Of a stretch of DNA of 64,000 nt, positions 32,130 through 64,000 are shown piece after piece. The notes below the pieces were generated by a model, which worked only from the letters and a program-made list of their open reading frames with translations, ran no database searches and was not told where the DNA came from. The stretch is from assembly GCF_009914755.1 (NCBI RefSeq), contig NC_060925.1; one strand, written 5' to 3'. The first letter of the stretch is position 1. Every line of letters starts with the position of its first letter. The stretch comes from the human T2T-CHM13v2.0 reference genome, Homo sapiens. A program made the position numbers and the translations under genes.

Positions 32130-32807
32130 GGAGGACAGGAACTATGTGTCTAGTTCATTATCTCCATTTCCTGGTACCATGCCTAGCAGGTGGTAGACTT
32201 CACTCAATAAATATCTGGTGAATCAGTGTCTTTCTGGAAATTTATACATAACTCCTTGAATGAGGCAACATGCTTCTCCACTATTTAATAAGAAAAACTA
32301 AGTCAAGTTTCTAATCTGTGGTTTTGTTTTGCTTTGAGAACAGGGTCTTGGCTATGTTGCCCTGTCTGGTCTCGAACTTCTGATCTCGAGCGATCACTCC
32401 CACCTCTCCCTTCCTAAGTGTTGGGATTAACAGGAGTGAGCCACCGCGCCCGGCCAAGTCTCCAACTTGCTCGAGGTCACTGAACTTGCAATTGAAGAAG
32501 CTACGATTCGAACCCATGTCTGTAGGATCCCAGAGCCCTCATTGTCAAATACATACTGAAGTTTCCCAGTTTTCGGGAACCCCGCAGTACAAGGTGACCG
32601 AGGACAATACCAGAAATGGGAGCCCCAGACCCCGCGTAGCGGCGAAGTTCCCAGAAGGCACAGCGCTCGGGGGTGTGGCCAGACGCATGGGCGGTGCCAA
32701 GCGTAGGAAGATGGTTGGGAACTGCGTCTCCCCCAAGGCTCCGCAGGGCGCCGCTGACTGGCGGAAGCGAGGGCGGGGACAGCGGAATGACGTTTTAAGG
32801 ACGCTTG

Positions 32808-32822
32808 CGCGCGGGATTTAAA
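32808..32822 (+). promoter_or_regulatory. CDE/CHR element (DREAM/MMB-FOXM1 G2/M control)
   Basis: CGCGC + 4-nt spacer + TTTAAA (CHR variant, 32817-32822) at the transcription start of a mitotic gene. Confidence 0.7.
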
Positions 32823-32915
32823 CTGCGGCGGTTTACGCGGCGTTAAGACTTCGTAGGGTTAGCGAAATTGAGGTTTCTTGGTATTGCGCGTTTCTCTTCC
32901 TTGCTGACCCTCCGA

Positions 32916-60174
<27,259 letters not shown>

Positions 60175-60710
60175 CGACTGCAAATAAAAATCTGTTTGGT
60201 TTGACACCCAGCCTCTTCCCTGGCCCTCCCCAGAGAACTTTGGGTACCTGGTGGGTCTAGGCAGGGTCTGAGCTGGGACAGGTTCTGGTAAATGCCAAGT
60301 ATGGGGGCATCTGGGCCCAGGGCAGCTGGGGAGGGGGTCAGAGTGACATGGGACACTCCTTTTCTGTTCCTCAGTTGTCGCCCTCACGAGAGGAAGGAGC
60401 TCTTAGTTACCCTTTTGTGTTGCCCTTCTTTCCATCAAGGGGAATGTTCTCAGCATAGAGCTTTCTCCGCAGCATCCTGCCTGCGTGGACTGGCTGCTAA
60501 TGGAGAGCTCCCTGGGGTTGTCCTGGCTCTGGGGAGAGAGACGGAGCCTTTAGTACAGCTATCTGCTGGCTCTAAACCTTCTACGCCTTTGGGCCGAGCA
60601 CTGAATGTCTTGTACTTTAAAAAAATGTTTCTGAGACCTCTTTCTACTTTACTGTCTCCCTAGAGATCCTAGAGGATCCCTACTGTTTTCTGTTTTATGT
60701 GTTTATACAT

Positions 60711-60739
60711 TGTATGTAACAATAAAGAGAAAAAATAAA
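60711..60739 (+). terminator. KIF2C distal polyadenylation signals
   Basis: Tandem UGUA (60711-60718), AATAAA at 60721-60726 and 60734-60739, GU-rich sequence downstream. Confidence 0.88.
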
Positions 60740-60967
60740 TCAGCTGTTTAAGTGTGTGGAAAGGGCCTGGGATGTGTCTGAGCCTTTTGGGACTAAGGAC
60801 ATGACTGTACCTTTGGCCTCTGGGTAGTACTGATTCTGTACTCCTTCCAGGAGGCCATATCCACACCTACAATTCCAATGACAAGCTGAAGACTCCTGTG
60901 ACTTGTTTGATGTCTATGAGATGCTTACTAGGCCTGGGAACAGAAACTCTTAAGTAGAAGGAAGATG

Positions 60968-64000
<3,033 letters not shown>

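Overview
Human (hominid) genomic DNA, very Alu-dense, recognisable as the 1p34.1 ARMH1-KIF2C interval. Bases 1-17064 lie in a long ARMH1 (C1orf228) intron, and the last six coding exons follow at 17065-18346 (+) inside a CpG island. Two U5 snRNA variant genes lie on the minus strand: RNU5F-1 (14726-14842) and RNU5D-1 (~23992-24107), each with a PSE, a ZNF143/octamer DSE and a 3' box. The complete 21-exon KIF2C (MCAK, kinesin-13) gene spans ATG 32916 to TGA 60174 (725 aa), with a CDE/CHR cell-cycle promoter and a 3'-truncated SVA just upstream. I see no clearly new multi-gene system. The most notable items are a U5D copy with a C inside its Sm site and a broken stem Ia, an intronic CRE/CCAAT-linked alternative first exon of KIF2C, stop-free in-frame retainable introns, and several local template-switch-like duplications (an inverted duplication 3' of KIF2C and a 64-bp intron 6 segment copied into intron 5). 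Almost all ORFs in the supplied track are Alu/SVA artefacts. Gene names and reference comparisons are from memory; repeat boundaries are approximate.
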